From: Eledone cirrhosa
Taxonomy: Eukaryota
DNA length: 64,000 bases
Direction: 5' to 3'
NCBI GenBank assembly: GCA_964016885.1
Contig: OZ024753.1
Coordinates: 3,906,001 to 3,970,000, forward strand
Shown here: positions 1 to 14,660 of the stretch, in pieces
How positions within the stretch are numbered: the first letter of the stretch is position 1
Layout: each line of letters starts with the position of its first letter
Notes under the pieces: generated by a model
Seen by the model: the letters and a program-made list of their open reading frames with translations, nothing else
Told to the model about the DNA's origin: nothing
The model's database searches: none
Position numbers and translations under genes: made by a program

Positions 1-110
1 TATATATATATATACACATATATATACACACATGTATATATATATATATACACATATATATACACACATGTATATATATATATATATATACATATATATA
101 CACACATATG

Positions 111-141
<31 letters not shown>

Positions 142-413
142 GTATATATATACATATATATACACACATATGTATATATATATATACATATATATACACA
201 CATATGTATATATATATATATACATATATATACACACATATGTATATATATATATATATACATATATATACACACATATGTATATATATATATACATACA
301 TATATATACACACATATGTATATATATATATACATATATATACACACATATGTATATATATATATACATATATATACACACATATGTATATATATATATA
401 TATATATACACAT

Positions 414-441
<28 letters not shown>
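1..441. repeat. Compound (TA)n/TACACACATATG microsatellite followed by (GA)n
   Basis: Directly visible; explains the spurious YI/TH-rich ORFs 32..415 and 108..497. Confidence 0.95.
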
Positions 442-445
<4 letters not shown>

Positions 446-1906
446 GGGGGGGGCAGCATTAATAATGATTGATTTCATTTCAATTATGCCAATGTAAACC
501 AAGGTTGTTCACTGATACAGACAACCTGATAATTCCGATCAAGTTTATTTGGTCCGATGATAAATAACATCATAGAAAATAGACGAAATATCCTATGCCA
601 TTTTTCCATCTCTCATTTCCATCTTCATTAGGGATATAATATATTATCTGTATTATTTCGGTGACTTCTTCATACTTTCGTTTTGCTTTTAATCAAAACA
701 CTTAATTAGGTCTCGTGGATAATCGAAATAATTTCTTCATTTCAACCCAACCACTCGTATTTTGTCCTAGAACTACATGGAATAATAAGGTCCCGTTTAA
801 AGATTTACATTTGGACATTTCATCACGCTAGAATAGAAACTGGTGCCTTATATACAGCACATATCGAAGAGAAATGTAATCTTTCTCAGAAAAATGTACG
901 TTAGTGTTCTACATTCCATGCGTAAAAACGTAACTTAAGCTATCAGGAAAAGAAACGTATAATCTATATTTACTTATAAGAGACTAGTAGTTCTATTGTA
1001 TCATAACTACTTTATCTTCCATTCGCTGTTTTTCTTGGTAACACTCATCAGTCTGAAAAAGTAAAGTATTTCTAATTCAAAGAAATCTTTCTTCAAAACC
1101 TTTTCTCTCAAAATAAAATGTATCTCAAATATCAAAGTTGCTATTTACTTTCCAGCTAAGCATTCTGAAACTTTTCAAAGATATATGATGCCAAACGTCT
1201 CGTAAAGCATCGACTAAATTCAACTATATATTTAGATTTGTTATCCGTACATTGTGCGTATTTATAATATATGACATCGATTCATTGTTGATATCTCCAT
1301 ATATTTTATTACTTTAAAATCTGTAAATTGTGAGAAAATATTTTTTATAGATAATACAACATTTTTCTATATAAATAGTTTACAAAATTTGTAATGTGAC
1401 ATTATAAAAGACTACTTGCAATTCACTGTTCTCACTTTATGTGTGTTATAAAGGGAGGTACAAACTAGGTCATGGAAATTGAAGGCGTGATTATAGATGG
1501 AGAAGGATAGGTTGGGAAAAATCCGGAATTGACCGTGTAAGAAAAATAAGAAAGGAGTGTCATAGGAGCTACATGAGAAGAATGGTAAGCGGATTTTGCG
1601 AAGTGAGGAATTTGTCGGTTAAAACCTTTTGACTTCCATAAAATCAACTTTATGGAAGTCAAAAGGGTGAAATGCAACGTAATGAAACGTGATTTGAAAC
1701 TTAAGAGTTTCACGGAGTAAGATCGCAATGCGTTTGGCTTGACATTCTAACAATTTGTTGTTATTCTTCGAATGAAATTTTTTATAGGTTTTATTATAGT
1801 TTTTGTATTTAACTAATGTTAGTAGAAACCTTAATAGAAAACAAAATCGAAGCAAGAAAATGAGATGGAATATGTAACCACCAATGCATTATTATTACCG
1901 TCCTCA

Positions 1907-2132
1907 GGGCGATGGATTGGTTTAATCGATAGAGCGTCGGACAACATTCTTCATGGCAGAGAATTAGGGCCTTTCAGTTCTGAGTTCAAATACCGCCGTG
2001 CTTAGCTTTGTCTGTCTTCGTTACGGGATCAATAAAATAAAGTACTAGTAATGCACTGGGGTCGGTTTAGTCAACTTTAATCCCCCCCCCTATATTGTTG
2101 GCCTTGTCCCTAAATCAGAAACCATTATTATT
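1907..2132 (+). mobile_element. tRNA-derived SINE, diverged near full-length copy
   Basis: B-box-like GAGTTCAAATACC, central GGGATCAATAAAATAAAGTACTAG and tail GGCCTTGTCCCTAAATCAGAAAC align with the better copies at 13333 and 45379. Confidence 0.8.
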
Positions 2133-4804
2133 GTCATTAACATAAGCTAGATTGGTGAACGCAAGTGTCCCAAATATTTACACCGTCTTTCATAAACTTC
2201 GAGAGAAAATAGGAATTTTCCTCCTAAATAATGCTTAAATGTTGTAGATGTCACATTAAATGAAGGAAGACACAATTATTATCCCGCCTTGTCTATATTC
2301 ATCTAAGAAAACATTTCGTATTAAAAAGATGTAAACTATGTTTGACGTCTGAAAGGAAAGGCTCAGTGTGGTTGTTGTCATGATAGTCGTGGCTGAGATA
2401 ATTCTGAAGTTGTCGTCAGATTTACCAATCTTATTTGTAACAAACGTGTTATTGTATTTTCCCTAACATCTTCAGAATATATAAGGTGTAGTTGATAAAT
2501 CTGACAACATTACAAATTCTATGGTCAAGAGTCAAATGTCAATGATAAAAGAAAAAGAAAACAAACACAAGCAGCAATAACAATCACCGCTGGTGAGAGT
2601 TGTAAACCGTAACTATATATGATATATCGGTCAACTTGTGTTAAAAATATACACCCAGAAGGAGTTAGATGTATATAGGTGTGCCTCATAACTCGAAGCG
2701 AGTTATTTCTACACATAGAAATTGGAAAGCGTTCTTCTCAGTATGCGTGTGTGCTTTGTTGACTGGAATACTGAATATGGTAACATTTGGCTCATCATTT
2801 TAATAGAGAATGAGGTGAAGGGGCATGATGGCTTAAGAGGCGAAAACAGTATCTGGAGCGAAGGCGAAATAAATATAGACAGACATATAACGATATATGT
2901 GGTGGCCTTGAGGTTCTGTACGCGTTGTTGACCTCGTAACAATGTGTGGTAAAGTGGAGTTTTCATGGACATTGAAACTCCCATGATTCCCTAAGATCGA
3001 AATCGATAGGGGCATTAATGTTGTAAATCATTGCTACCTCATGAAACGTATGATTAGATATTTGCGTGGAAATCGGTAACATTCCACAAAATTGTTGCAA
3101 GATTTGTTTCCTGTTAAAACTGTTTTGAGTGAATCTGAACGCCCACATTTTGACATCTTAATGTGAGAATTTTACTGTAAAAATATGGAAATTATCTAAA
3201 TCTGAAAAAAATTATCTAAATATTCGAAAAGATTTTCTCATATTTTGGATATGATCAAATCGGATATTTTGTTCACAATTAGCTGTCATGCTAGGAAGAT
3301 TGTCTTTCCAGAGCATAACATATGTTCCTGAACGTTCCCACTTTACTCTGTATGCAACTCACATTGCACATATTCTAAGGAAACTACTAAAACGACATAA
3401 CACAACAGCGTAAAGTGGAGGTTTATATATAAAATTCGACATCCCTAATTGCCCACACAGACATGTTTTATGAATGCGGTCGTGAATCTGGTGATACTGT
3501 AGAAACCTGCTTTACATTAATGAAACATAACAAAAATAATAGTTTCTAATTGAGGGAGACTGTCAACAGTTTCCATTGAAGCTGAAAATAGATTCACTAA
3601 TCTCAGTACCTGATTGGCAATATATTCTATCGAAACACTTATTTCATCGACGTCATCAGGAATTAATAATCAGCTCCTTATTAAATAAGAGATATTTCCA
3701 TCAGAAAAATGCATAAATATGGGGTTTAGATTTAGTGAGAAACAAAATGAGAGACAGTAAATATAAAAAGATGTAAATGCGAAATATAAAAGAAAAAAGA
3801 TAGGAAATATATATCTCTATCGTAAAACGTGGTGTTTAAAAACATTCATTGGAATATCTATACGTTATGATGTCCTGTTAAAATAATTTGATAGAAGAGA
3901 TATCAAAGAGCGTTGCTTGATATATTGCATCGAATGTACTAGCGATGGGAATGATACATGAATATTTCAGCGGTATTAAAAATGATGTTTACGTTTTTCA
4001 GGGTAAAGTTCATCTACTAAAGCCTTTCTTATAGTATGAACGTAACAAATTCACATGGTCCCAAAGCCACATTCGGAAATTGCCATACAAGAATGGAAGA
4101 TTATTCTCAGATTTCTAGCAGGTATACGCAGTCTTCTTGCATAAATCCTCGACAAGCGGACTGGCGACAATACAATATTCAACGTGTGAACTCTCATCAC
4201 ATATATAATGGAGGAGAATGTAAAATTTATCTCTTCCCTGTAGACTAAATTTGGGTATCCCAAACTGGATCTCCCATATAGCAATCACGAAGTATTCCTA
4301 TTTGCGTAACCAAGACAGATATTGCAATGCTACATAAAAATGTGTCATTGACCATCATTTTATTCTATTTATAAATCTACTTGTTAAGTTGCTATGAGTT
4401 GATTATCTTTCCTGAGTGATTTCGTTTACTGTTGATCATATGGAGATCAAAGGCACGATTAGCTAGGCAGTAAAATCTGTAGATATATATATATGTTATT
4501 ATCGTTTACGTCGTTAATTTCCAATATTTAGTAAATTTTGTATCATCACCACCAACGCCATCACCAAGAACACCACTACCATCATGCATCTGATTTTTCT
4601 TCTCTGCCTACCACTCCTCATTATCATCACCATACACACATATGATAATATAATACATATATTATATAAAATATGCGTGTGTGTGTGTGTGTGCTGTTAA
4701 CTGGGTGTATAGCTAGTAGCTAGTCACAGGAGGCACGCTGTTCAAAGCACTCAATGGTGCTACGAGGTCTATCTCATGCTGGGCTATATTCCAGATATGG
4801 CTAA

Positions 4805-5630
4805 ATGTCCTTTGGGTCATTCTTGTTCTCTTAACCTTGCAACACCCTCCTTAGAATTCTGGCTGTTCTTAGCAACGCTGTTTTACGCAACAATCCCATC
4901 CTGCTGGTTTCCTAGCTTCTCATGCATCTAACCTTTTACTAACTGCGCCCAGTTCGCCAACCACAGTCGGTATCATTTCTACGTGTCTGGCACTCCATAA
5001 TTACCCGATTTCTCTTCTGAACTCCCGGTATTTCTCAACTTTTCCTTTTACCCTGTGGACCCATGGCGAAACGATATGCACAATACTTGTCTTGCTTTTC
5101 CTCTTTTCTACAACAAAAATATCAGACTTTCTAGTCACGATAAAATGGCCATACTGAATGGTCATTTTCCACAAAGTCTTACGCTGTTCGTTTTCAGCCA
5201 CCTTTTCCGGTTTGTATTCATACCACTTCAGTTCATATCTGACATATGACTCAGCTTCCAATAAACCAAGCTGACAATGTTGTCGTGCTTTCTCTTGTAC
5301 TTTTTCCCAACGAGTATCTTTCATACACAAATATTAGGGTTTATTTTTTCAGATTTCTCACCACACAACCTAAAAAGTAGGAATTCATTGCCTTCAATAT
5401 TGAACTTGATAAAGTTCGTTCTCAGTGCTTGTTCCTGGGCTGCAAAAATAAGGGCTTAAGTTTGAACTTTTAAGTCACTTTTTCAAGCAAGAATTGACCA
5501 TATATTTTTTGTTCCATATATCCAAGGTGTCATTCTGTCTGACTTATTTGAATTCTCACTTTTCATTTGCTCCATCACTTCTTACACCTGCCATCAATCT
5601 CTCCTTTGAATTCTTTACGTACCATACCAG
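4805..5630 (-). mobile_element. Decayed 3' fragment of RLE-type non-LTR retrotransposon (R4/Dong-like)
   Basis: Minus-strand translation gives ALIFAAQEQALRTNFIK...FRLCGEKSE (decayed Zn knuckle), WYEYKPEKVAENE...RKSDIFVVEK...EKY (RLE region) and C-terminal LRKTALLRTARILRRVLQG* (stop 4831-4833); the reading frame is disrupted. Confidence 0.85.
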
Positions 5631-5710
5631 ATGATTTTTCTCCGACCTCACACACATTTCACAGCTAATGGGATCCTTCTCTATTATTATTATTATTGTT
5701 ATTATTATTA

Positions 5711-5765
5711 AGTATCGGTAGAGCATCAGGCACCATGCTTCGCGATAGAGTTACGTCCATTTCCG
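5711..5765 (+). mobile_element. SINE 5' head fragment
   Basis: AGTATCGGTAGAGCATCAGGCACCATGCTT...GAGTTACGTCC matches the head of the SINE copy at 56333. Confidence 0.6.
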
Positions 5766-6621
5766 GAACAAGAAAAAAGTTACTTATTTATGAGTTCATA
5801 GAGAACTGCAGGAGGCCAAACTGACATATTTCATTAGAAACAGATATATTTTGTAGTAACCGATAATGTATAATAAAGCAATTCCACCAAAGCAACGCGA
5901 CATTTGTGGAAGATAAATATTAGGTAGGAAAATGGACGAAGAATTCGCAAGATGATTAATGATGTGAGAAAATGTGTGTTTCTCGAGGGCTAAAACCAGC
6001 TTGAACATGACTCAAATAATGGAGATTTAGAGTTAAATAGTGTTAACCAAGTGAAGCTGCTACATCTAAACTTAGTGAATAGTTTGATTTGATATAAAAA
6101 AAATATCCCCAGAGCGAGAAAAAGAAACATAGCGAGAGAGTGCAGAGAGAGAGAACAATCTCAATATATTAAAACAAGATACATGACGACAATAATTATG
6201 TCTGGAAAGTGGCAATGCCAAAAACACCATGAAATGCATTAAGAGGTGCTTTGGTAACATTTAGTCTATACCCATACTCTCTCACTTTCTCTCGTTATAT
6301 ATATATATATATATATATTGTATATATATATTATATATACGTACTTGTAAAATGGAATAATACAACAGTATTGAAAACTAGATAAACTTTCTCCGTCGTT
6401 GAGTATACTTTACAAGTGAATTAGAAAAGAAAAATACAACCACTAACGTATCTGGCAAATATACAATTGAAACAACAGCATAAATATTGGTTGCTGCTAA
6501 ATATCGAAATGGATGTAGTATACTGTAGCTCGCATAGGCAATAACGAATGGGATATCACTTGTGCTTTAGTTGTAGCTAATAATCTTCTTTTTTAGCCGA
6601 ATCATATTCTAATGTTATGCA

Positions 6622-6662
<41 letters not shown>

Positions 6663-7192
6663 CAGTAGAACTAAAGTAGCATGCTTCGGGATAGAGCTGC
6701 ATGCGAGAGAATATCAAATATATTGATAAATAATAAACTCAAATATGGCCTGCTGTCACTATTTAAGCTGTGATCCTGTCACAATCACCACAATAAATGC
6801 GTTGAAGCCAAACATATTAACCTGTATTTCATGAATTTTATCAATTTTCCTTGACATTCGCTTACACCTTATGGAGGAATTATATGCTGATATCCTAAAT
6901 AAAAATGTTTTGCACATAAGGTATTTAAGGTCATTTTCATTTCCATAGAGTGCGGGATTGCCTTGGTATTAATTAGCAGCAGCAGCAAACCGACGTATAT
7001 GAAAGAATATGCTTGCATGCAGGGTCAGGTAAACCCGAAGGATGGTAGCGGCGCCGTATTGATATACGGCGTTTATAGAGCATTTTAAAACCTGGTGGAG
7101 CCCAATCCTCGTCAGGTAAGAATATAGAACATTTCTTTCAGAAAATGAAACAAAATGCAAGATAATGCAAATGAAAAAGAGATATAGAAAAG

Positions 7193-7351
7193 AATCGACC
7201 CCGATTACTAGGCTGATACCGTTTTTAACCACCCCGAATATATGAAAGTCGAAGGTGATCTCAGTGAGATTTGAACTCAGACAGCAAAGAGTCTAAACGA
7301 GTACTAAAATGCATTCTATCCAATGTTCTAATGGTTCTGCTAATTCACCGC
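7193..7351 (-). mobile_element. Old SINE copy (divergent subfamily)
   Basis: GATTTGAACTCAG (reverse B box), ATGAAAGTCGAAGGTGATCTC and a TTCTGCTAATTCACCGC head. Confidence 0.65.
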
Positions 7352-8305
7352 ATCAAATATTCACTGCATTACGTATATGTTTAGTATTTATAAATATATT
7401 CTATATGCAATCATATACGTCCTATTCTAAATCACGGTGTGCCAAGAATATTTAAATCTAACTATTCATAGACGCACTATATCTTCTTAAATGTATTATT
7501 TTCACAAGCGTATCAATAAGTTATGTTTATTTAGCCTTAGTACCGAGAGAGGAAACGTCACTAAAATATGATAAATATTTAAAATATGTGTATGTGTCTA
7601 TCTCAGCTGGTTACTCTATGCAAAACATATATGTGCTTTCATATACGCCGTTGGGTATAAAATATCATATATGATACTTGGGTGTTAATTTACTAGATCT
7701 TAGGATTCGTTGCAGGTGTAAAACATATATAATAAAATAATATTTGAAAAATAACTGGGAAAACTCATCGGCACAAATATACACAAACACATCTATGAGA
7801 GAAAGAGCTGGTGAATATAATTCTATTAAAATTTCTGAAAATAGTAGTGAATCATAAATATATATTCCATTATTGTACGTGGTTGAGTTTTCTTTCGACA
7901 CACGTAAATTTAGCGTAATTTAAACGAAGACTCAGTAACACAGTATCTATCAAGGTTGGTCTTTAGAATTACAGGTATGTATAATTACAGGAACGTATAG
8001 CCCTTCTAAACTTCAAATGTTCATTCTAACTAATTTCAATTAGAAATGTTTCGTGGACTATACATTATATAGGAACTTACCCAAGATATCAAACCGAGTG
8101 ATCTTTCGGTTATGCATTTTATTGCAAAATCTATTTTAGAAGATGGCATCATGAAATAGTTCATATTATCTCCCTTTGGTTCACATAGATGACGGTAAGC
8201 GTATTTTGTTGAGATGATTAAATATATTTCATCGTTAATACTATTTACCTTTTATAAGACCAATGTGTTCTGCAAAAATGTGAATTTCGTATATCTAAAG
8301 ATATA

Positions 8306-8557
8306 CAATATGTTTAAATTGTAAATATTTGGAAAGCATAGCTATGAATATTGAAAGGCTGACGGCTAGCGCTGTCCGGGGGTTTCCAGCAGAAAGCAGC
8401 GGCAGACAATTGTCTGCAAATTAATGATGACCAGACTCTGAAATGCACATAGACATTTGTCTCACGCTGCTTCTGCTGGAATCCGCTAGACGGCGCTAGA
8501 TGTCAGGCTTTCAATTCACAGCTAGGCTTTCCAAATATTTATTTATCAAACTCACTG
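8306..8557. mobile_element. Foldback MITE, Tc1/mariner-like (TA-flanked, right end CACTG)
   Basis: About 110-bp imperfect inverted arms (TAAATATTTGGAAAGC.TAGCT...TTCCAGCAGAA.GCAGCG..AGACAA.TGTCT) around a ~35-bp spacer; TA at 8304-8305 and 8558-8559. Confidence 0.8.
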
Positions 8558-9499
8558 TATATGTTTATGTATACAGCTATGTAGGAGGTAATTTTTTAAT
8601 TCTATATTCTGCAACTGTTGATATCCACACCGCCATTATGTTTTAAACTTTAAAATGATGTTTTCATATCATTAGGTTGTTGAATCTACCACCGCCAAAA
8701 CCATCTTCTTCATATTCAATAATATCAAGAAAATCTTCATGATTATGATGATGATCATAATAATGCTACTCCAGACACGACCATATCCTCTTCGGTCTTT
8801 ACCTCGTGATAGAATCGTACAGGTAACATCCGACGTGAGGGCATAACCTAGACATTTTCAGCCTAACAGTGACTGCCTCACCATTGTAGAGGTTGGATCA
8901 CCACCGAGTTCTTACCGAGAGAGTAAGAGGAACATTGAACTCTACTTTATTAACTTCGAAATTAGATAGGATTTGGACTCGATGTGCAATCAAATGGAAA
9001 ATACCTAGGCATTATTCGTCGGATACTTCAGCAACTCTGCACATTCTGTAAGGTAATACATTTTAATTCATAAAACACACGTTTTGTCCGCCCTTATTAC
9101 AAGTGGTAACATTGATAGAGATATCGTTGTTTTACCTAATGGAGCAAGCATGTGCTATAGCTCACAGATATCCATAAATGTATATTACTCTATTGTTGAG
9201 GATGGTCCGTTTAGATGGGAGTTCTGATTTTAATGTTTCTTCTGCTATGGCTGGAAGTGGTTTCCGAAAAGAAAGAAAAAAAAAAATTAACCGCATTATC
9301 CATACACCCGGTTTTAATCACAGATTTTTTTACAAACATTCATATAAAAGCAGACGCATACACACATGCATATCACTATACGTGTGTGCGTATGCGTGTG
9401 TATATAATATATATATATATATATGTATATAATTACCTACACACATAGATGCATATATAACTATTCATACACATATAAGCTCATACACACATACATTAT

Positions 9500-9612
9500 A
9501 AATCCAGCCGAGGTTAACTTTGCCTTTCTTCCTTACGGGGGTCGATAAAATAAAGTACCAGTAATGCACTGGGATAATTGCTGGCCTGGTGCCAAAAGTA
9601 GAAACAATTATT
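9500..9612 (+). mobile_element. SINE, 5'-truncated
   Basis: CCGAGGTTAACTTTGCCTTTC.TCCTTACGGGGGTCGATAAAATAAAGTACCAGTAATGCACTGGG...GTAGAAACAATTA. Confidence 0.9.
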
Positions 9613-12600
9613 TATTAAATGTGTGTAAGTGTGTATTCTATACATAACATTTTCAATTGCAGGATAATATTTATCGTAATATTTATCTGTAATTACTGTG
9701 ACCTGGCGTCTGTGCAAAACGCCATGTATGTTTATGAGATCACGTGATAATTATCCTGCATAAAAGTAAACTCATATGATAGTAAGGTTACAGAGAATTT
9801 ACATAAATCTCAGAATATTTACATAAATTAATACCTTCTGATAATATGTCGATGTCAGCTTATATGTGAATGCACACACAGTTTTCCCATATATTTAACC
9901 CCTATTGCTTCGCAGGCATATTTAATTATATATTCGTTCCCCTCTCAACTATGTACTAGCTGACATCGCCGGATGTTGATCTAGATCCACGACTATATAT
10001 TCATGTTTCTTTTTTAAAATTCACTACCCTAATTATTTTAGGTTTATATTTTCTGTTTACTAATATAATGATTAATGTGTTAAATGTACTGGACTTAACT
10101 GACATATTGTTACATAAACGCTATAATACTGTATATATGCATAGTTATAACTACACGAGATTTGAATGATACAGCTATTCACACTCATTAATTCTCTAGA
10201 TGATTTAACTCCAAAATAGATTTCGAGTATAGTTAAAAATATGTTGCTCTATGGTATCTCACCATTTTTCTCTCAACTAGCACCTACACAAGATGAAGTG
10301 TTCTTAATATTGAATGACACACGCGTATAATTACACATAAACACATTTACACACACGTATAGATGAAATGTTCTATTTTGCATACGATGGATAATAATAC
10401 GGACATATCTAGCTTTCCTAATGTGATATTTATTGCGGTGGTGACTGTCGAACCCTTTATTTGGTTCTAAAGAAAGATATTAAACATATTCAGTATCGTC
10501 CACAACACAACGTTTATATTCATACAACCCCTAGACTCATAATTTTCCTGCCATTTCTGGTCCGAAGAACATCGGTGAGGCGATATTTTCAATTGGATTA
10601 ACTGTTAGACGTTATAGAGGTCTTAGCAGCAGGTTAACATAAATCCACAAATGCCCTGGACATTGCAGGACTGTAAAGAGGGCGGTTTCGTTGCACTGAC
10701 AAATCACAGCCCAAATGTGCCTGTAGATCTTATCCCGAATAACACTATTTCCTATTATTGAGTTTAGTTTCACGTCTGGAATGTCACCATAGTGGTTTGG
10801 GGGCTGTGTTGCTGCTGTTGCTCATTCACCATCTGAGTGAATTAGAGATTTGGAACAAAGTGAAATATATGCCTGACTTAATGACGAAATGTGGTGCCTG
10901 TTCCAGGCATTTAAACTTGAACCTAATGATCTTGTGTACGCAATGCTACAAACACTACATGGCATGGTTATATACAATGACATCTCACTCAGATTTAAAT
11001 TTAAATTCAACATGCAACATTCCTTATAATTTCAGCAATATTTATTTATAATCCTGTATTTAATTATAAAAACATGTTTCGAATATATAAGAATTAACAC
11101 TAAATTCAAAAGACATCATTTAGATCTTGGTAGCCATTACAAATAATCTAACATATTCATTCACTATTGGACTTTTGAGAGGATGTCTATAAATATATGC
11201 ACAAATGCAAAATATAAAATAAAGACACGATAATAAGGAATCAGATAGATAAATATCTGGATATTTATCTGAGTGATCTAGAAAACACTGCACGGACCGC
11301 CGCATCACACGTTTTAGTTCTCTCGACAGAGGACGCAATGTGCGAAAAGAACTGTCTAGGTAACACCTTTTTCATTTACCATTCTTCATTAATCGAATCA
11401 CTTTAAATCATTGTAAGCAAAATACGACATTGTAGAAGCCTCACTATCATTGAGATTCTGAATTACTGAATATAAAGAAAATGATTTACAAGAACAAATA
11501 TAAGCAACACTCACAAGAGAGAAATGTAGCTGACCATTCAAAGACTAAATATTAAAATGATAGGGGAAACTCAAGAATGAACGGGAATTGGTAAACATAT
11601 GTATATGAAGAAACTAAAGTAGTTTTTAAGAGAACACAAAGAAATGTAAATACTATTAAAAATAGAAGAAATGCTTAAGGGGAAATATCAGAGTCAACAA
11701 CAATATATTTGTAGAAGAAATTTCCTGTTTCATTTATGTGGGTCTTATGTTTCCCAATTTTGTAGTGCTAGACTATTTTCCTCAGAATATCCACTAGCTG
11801 GTAATTTCGATAGCTGTTACGGCAAAGGTAACATAATAGTCACTGCCTGAAGAGAAACACTAATATATCGTTATAATTTAATGTGCAGTTCAATGACTCA
11901 TAATTAGAGAGAAAACATCACAAATATTTGATCATATAACATAGTATTTTCTTCATTTATTTCCCGGGTGACTCCTATGCCTGATGCTCTAGATTCTTGG
12001 CCGTATAAACTTTCGAATTAAGAGTCCATATTTCATTTCACCAGTACTATATATATCATAGATCAGGTATGTCGAAAATACACCCTAATTCTCGTAGTTG
12101 TTCTGGAAATAACAACTAAATTTAGTCTAATGAGCATCATCTTAATGAGAGCACCAAATGTAGAATACTTTAGATTAGATCATAAATGCAAATAAAGTTG
12201 TTGTGTTACGGGAACAATTTTAGACGTTAGAAAAATGAAATATATCAATCCCAGTATTAAACATTTCATTTAATTTCGAGGTAAACAGTGACTAAATATA
12301 TAGTTTAGTAAATATAGAAGAAGAGAAAATATGTTTTAAGATTATTGATGATGAATCCCCAATTGAATACGATTGCTCTTGAAAAAAAAAAAAAAAAAAC
12401 ATCACTCTCAAATTTCAGCAGTGTTTGCCCCAAAAATAATTATCCCTTTCCCTGTGATGAAAGAACGAAAACAACCAATATTAAACATTACTTTTGATTA
12501 TAAGAAGTAAAAATGATTTTCCATTTCAACAAAGTTTTGGCCAAAGTGCATTAATATATAACTACTTCAGTACGATTGAAAAGGATTCCAGCTATGGTTT

Positions 12601-12859
12601 GTTGATTCTCATCTTCTAGACGAGGCAAACATTTTGAGTTACGTGACATTTTAACTCGGACATCTCATAGATAAATGGCATCAATAGCTACTAATTAGAT
12701 GTACGATATGCGGTTATTTTATTTTCATCATTTCAAGGAACCTTAAGGAATATGAATGAACAACATCTGAATGCTATTGGTATTTTGTGGAAATTTGGAA
12801 ACATATATTAATCACAATGATATGCAATTGCTTCGGGAATAGAATTAGAAATAAACAAA

Positions 12860-13662
12860 TCTCTCTCTCTATATATATATATAGAGAGAGATTATATATA
12901 TATATATAAAGTTGTAAGTCGTCTGTTTGTTTATTTGTTCACGAACTCCTATGGTTTTAGAGATAGAGCCCCATAACCATATATATTCTGAAACTACATT
13001 GCCCAGGATACTTGGATAAGTATATTTCAATTTAATCCAGGGTTTCTCCAGGGGCACAAATCCCCGCTTAAAATCTGTTCCCTTCGATTTATATGAAATT
13101 TAAACCATAGGTAAACGACGAGATATGGTGCCTATTCACAAAATTTCAGCAAATTTCAATAATATTAAGACACCCTAATGGGGGGGGGGGGGTTAAACAA
13201 AATAAAATAATGCTTTTCATAAAAATGAAATGATCAAGTTTTGAATTTATATTTTGAAAAAATTATTTACAATAAACAAAATAAGAATAAGATTTGATAA
13301 TATAATTTTGATTTTATATATTAGAAAAAATAATTGTTTCGACTTTTGGCACAAGGCCAGCAATTACCCAGTGCACTACTTTATCGACCCCGTAAGGATG
13401 AAAGGCAAAGTTAACCTCGGCTGGATTTGAACTCAGAATGGCAAGGGCCGTAACTATGCATCAAAACATGGCGTCCGACCCTCTACCGATACTGCCAATC
13501 CACCGCCGTATATTAGAAAAAATATTGTTTTCAAACTTTTCATGCATTTTTACATTGAAATGCAGAGTTTTTCTCCATAAATTATATCACTGATTTAAAA
13601 TCTGACTATTTTCTTACAAACAAAATGTGTGAAACGCATCAATGCGCGGGTAATCCGGCTAG
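12860..13662 (+). mobile_element. Probable non-autonomous Helitron with a nested SINE
   Basis: A|TC start followed by TATATATAAAG..GTCTGTTTGTTT; 3' hairpin CGCATCAATGCG (13635-13646) 12 nt before CTAG|T (13659-13663). These are canonical Helitron termini; the 5' boundary is uncertain. Confidence 0.5.
13333..13508 (-). mobile_element. SINE, full length with 16-bp TSD
   Basis: A-box-like TGGCAGTATCGG and B-box GAGTTCAAATCC on the minus strand; TSD TATATTAGAAAAAATA at 13317-13332 and 13509-13524. Confidence 0.93.
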
Positions 13663-14207
13663 TTAAATAATATAGCAAGAGGTTATTAAAGAAACCTACT
13701 GCAAATATTTAACGATAGTTTTGAACACACAATTGCCATTCTCTGGAATATAACGATGATAAGTTATTGAGCCCCTAAAACCCGACCTGTGCTTTAAGCA
13801 ATGTCATCATGTACCATTCTGAAATGTTTAATGCCTGCCTATTCTATGACAATTTAAATCCGAGCGTATTTGATGTAGATACAGTTTTACTAAGGGGTTC
13901 AAATAGCCTAGCGAAGCAAATGATAACGGATTTTCAAGGTATAGAAAACAAAAAATAATGATATCAATATTCGTTCAGGATTAATCTTACAATAGTTACA
14001 AACCATATATGTTAGTGTTAATGAAATTATGTGGCGACTGTTTCGCACTTCTTCACTATACTTCTCTGGAAGAAACTTGCTGTATTCACACCTGGAGAGA
14101 AGATGGATTCCACCGGGTTTAACCATGCCTTAGAAATGCTGTATGTCAATAGAGTGCACCTACCACTACATTAGGATTTACGGGATAAAGGAAGATTTAT
14201 TTATATA

Positions 14208-14248
<41 letters not shown>

Positions 14249-14283
14249 TTGAAAATTGCAAACCTGACTGTCACCACAGAATA

Positions 14284-14322
14284 TGAACCTGAAGATTGCG
14301 AAAGCATGAAAGTACTTGTTCA
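14284..14322 (+). ncRNA. Minimal type I hammerhead ribozyme motif (PLE-type)
   Basis: TGAAC-CTGAAGA-T TGC GAAA GCA T-GAAA-GTAC-TT-GTTCA: 5-bp stem I, intact core, GNRA-capped stem II, palindromic stem III, CUU triplet. Confidence 0.8.
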
Positions 14323-14454
14323 ATTAACACTTAATATTCTACCATACTATTTCATTCTAATACCATTATACATTTTAAAGGATTGTAAATAAAACGAGTA
14401 AATCAGACAAAGTTGGAATTCCTTTTATTAATATATATATATATATATATATAT

Positions 14455-14603
14455 ATTATTTCTGAAGACGGCATATATGTGTGTTTGGTATGTATATTTA
14501 ATCTTGATAGTTTGTATAATTTTGTATAATTTTGTACATAGATCTGTTGAATATGCATGCCAATTCTAACACATATATATCCTAGAAACGATCGTTAAAT
14601 AAT
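14455..14603 (+). ncRNA. Type I hammerhead ribozyme motif with very long stem II
   Basis: ATTATTT-CTGAAGA-[116 nt; ATATATGTGTGTT/AACACATATATAT pairing]-GAAA-CGATCG-TT-AAATAAT; GUU triplet. Confidence 0.75.
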
Positions 14604-14660
14604 GAACTTTTTTTGTTTAATATAAGGAACTGTTTCATTGTTTTATTCATTATTTTTTTA

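Noticed and set aside
7537-7564. TTAGT...GAAACGTC-ACTAA hammerhead-like motif
   Set aside because: Stem I and GAAACGUC are present, but the core and stem II are missing.
10758-11051. Tc1/mariner transposase remnant (VVWG, SHSDLN)
   Set aside because: The motifs are too short and degenerate to call by eye.
11841-11890. ACTGC-CTGAAGA...GCAGT
   Set aside because: No stem II followed by GAAA/stem III.
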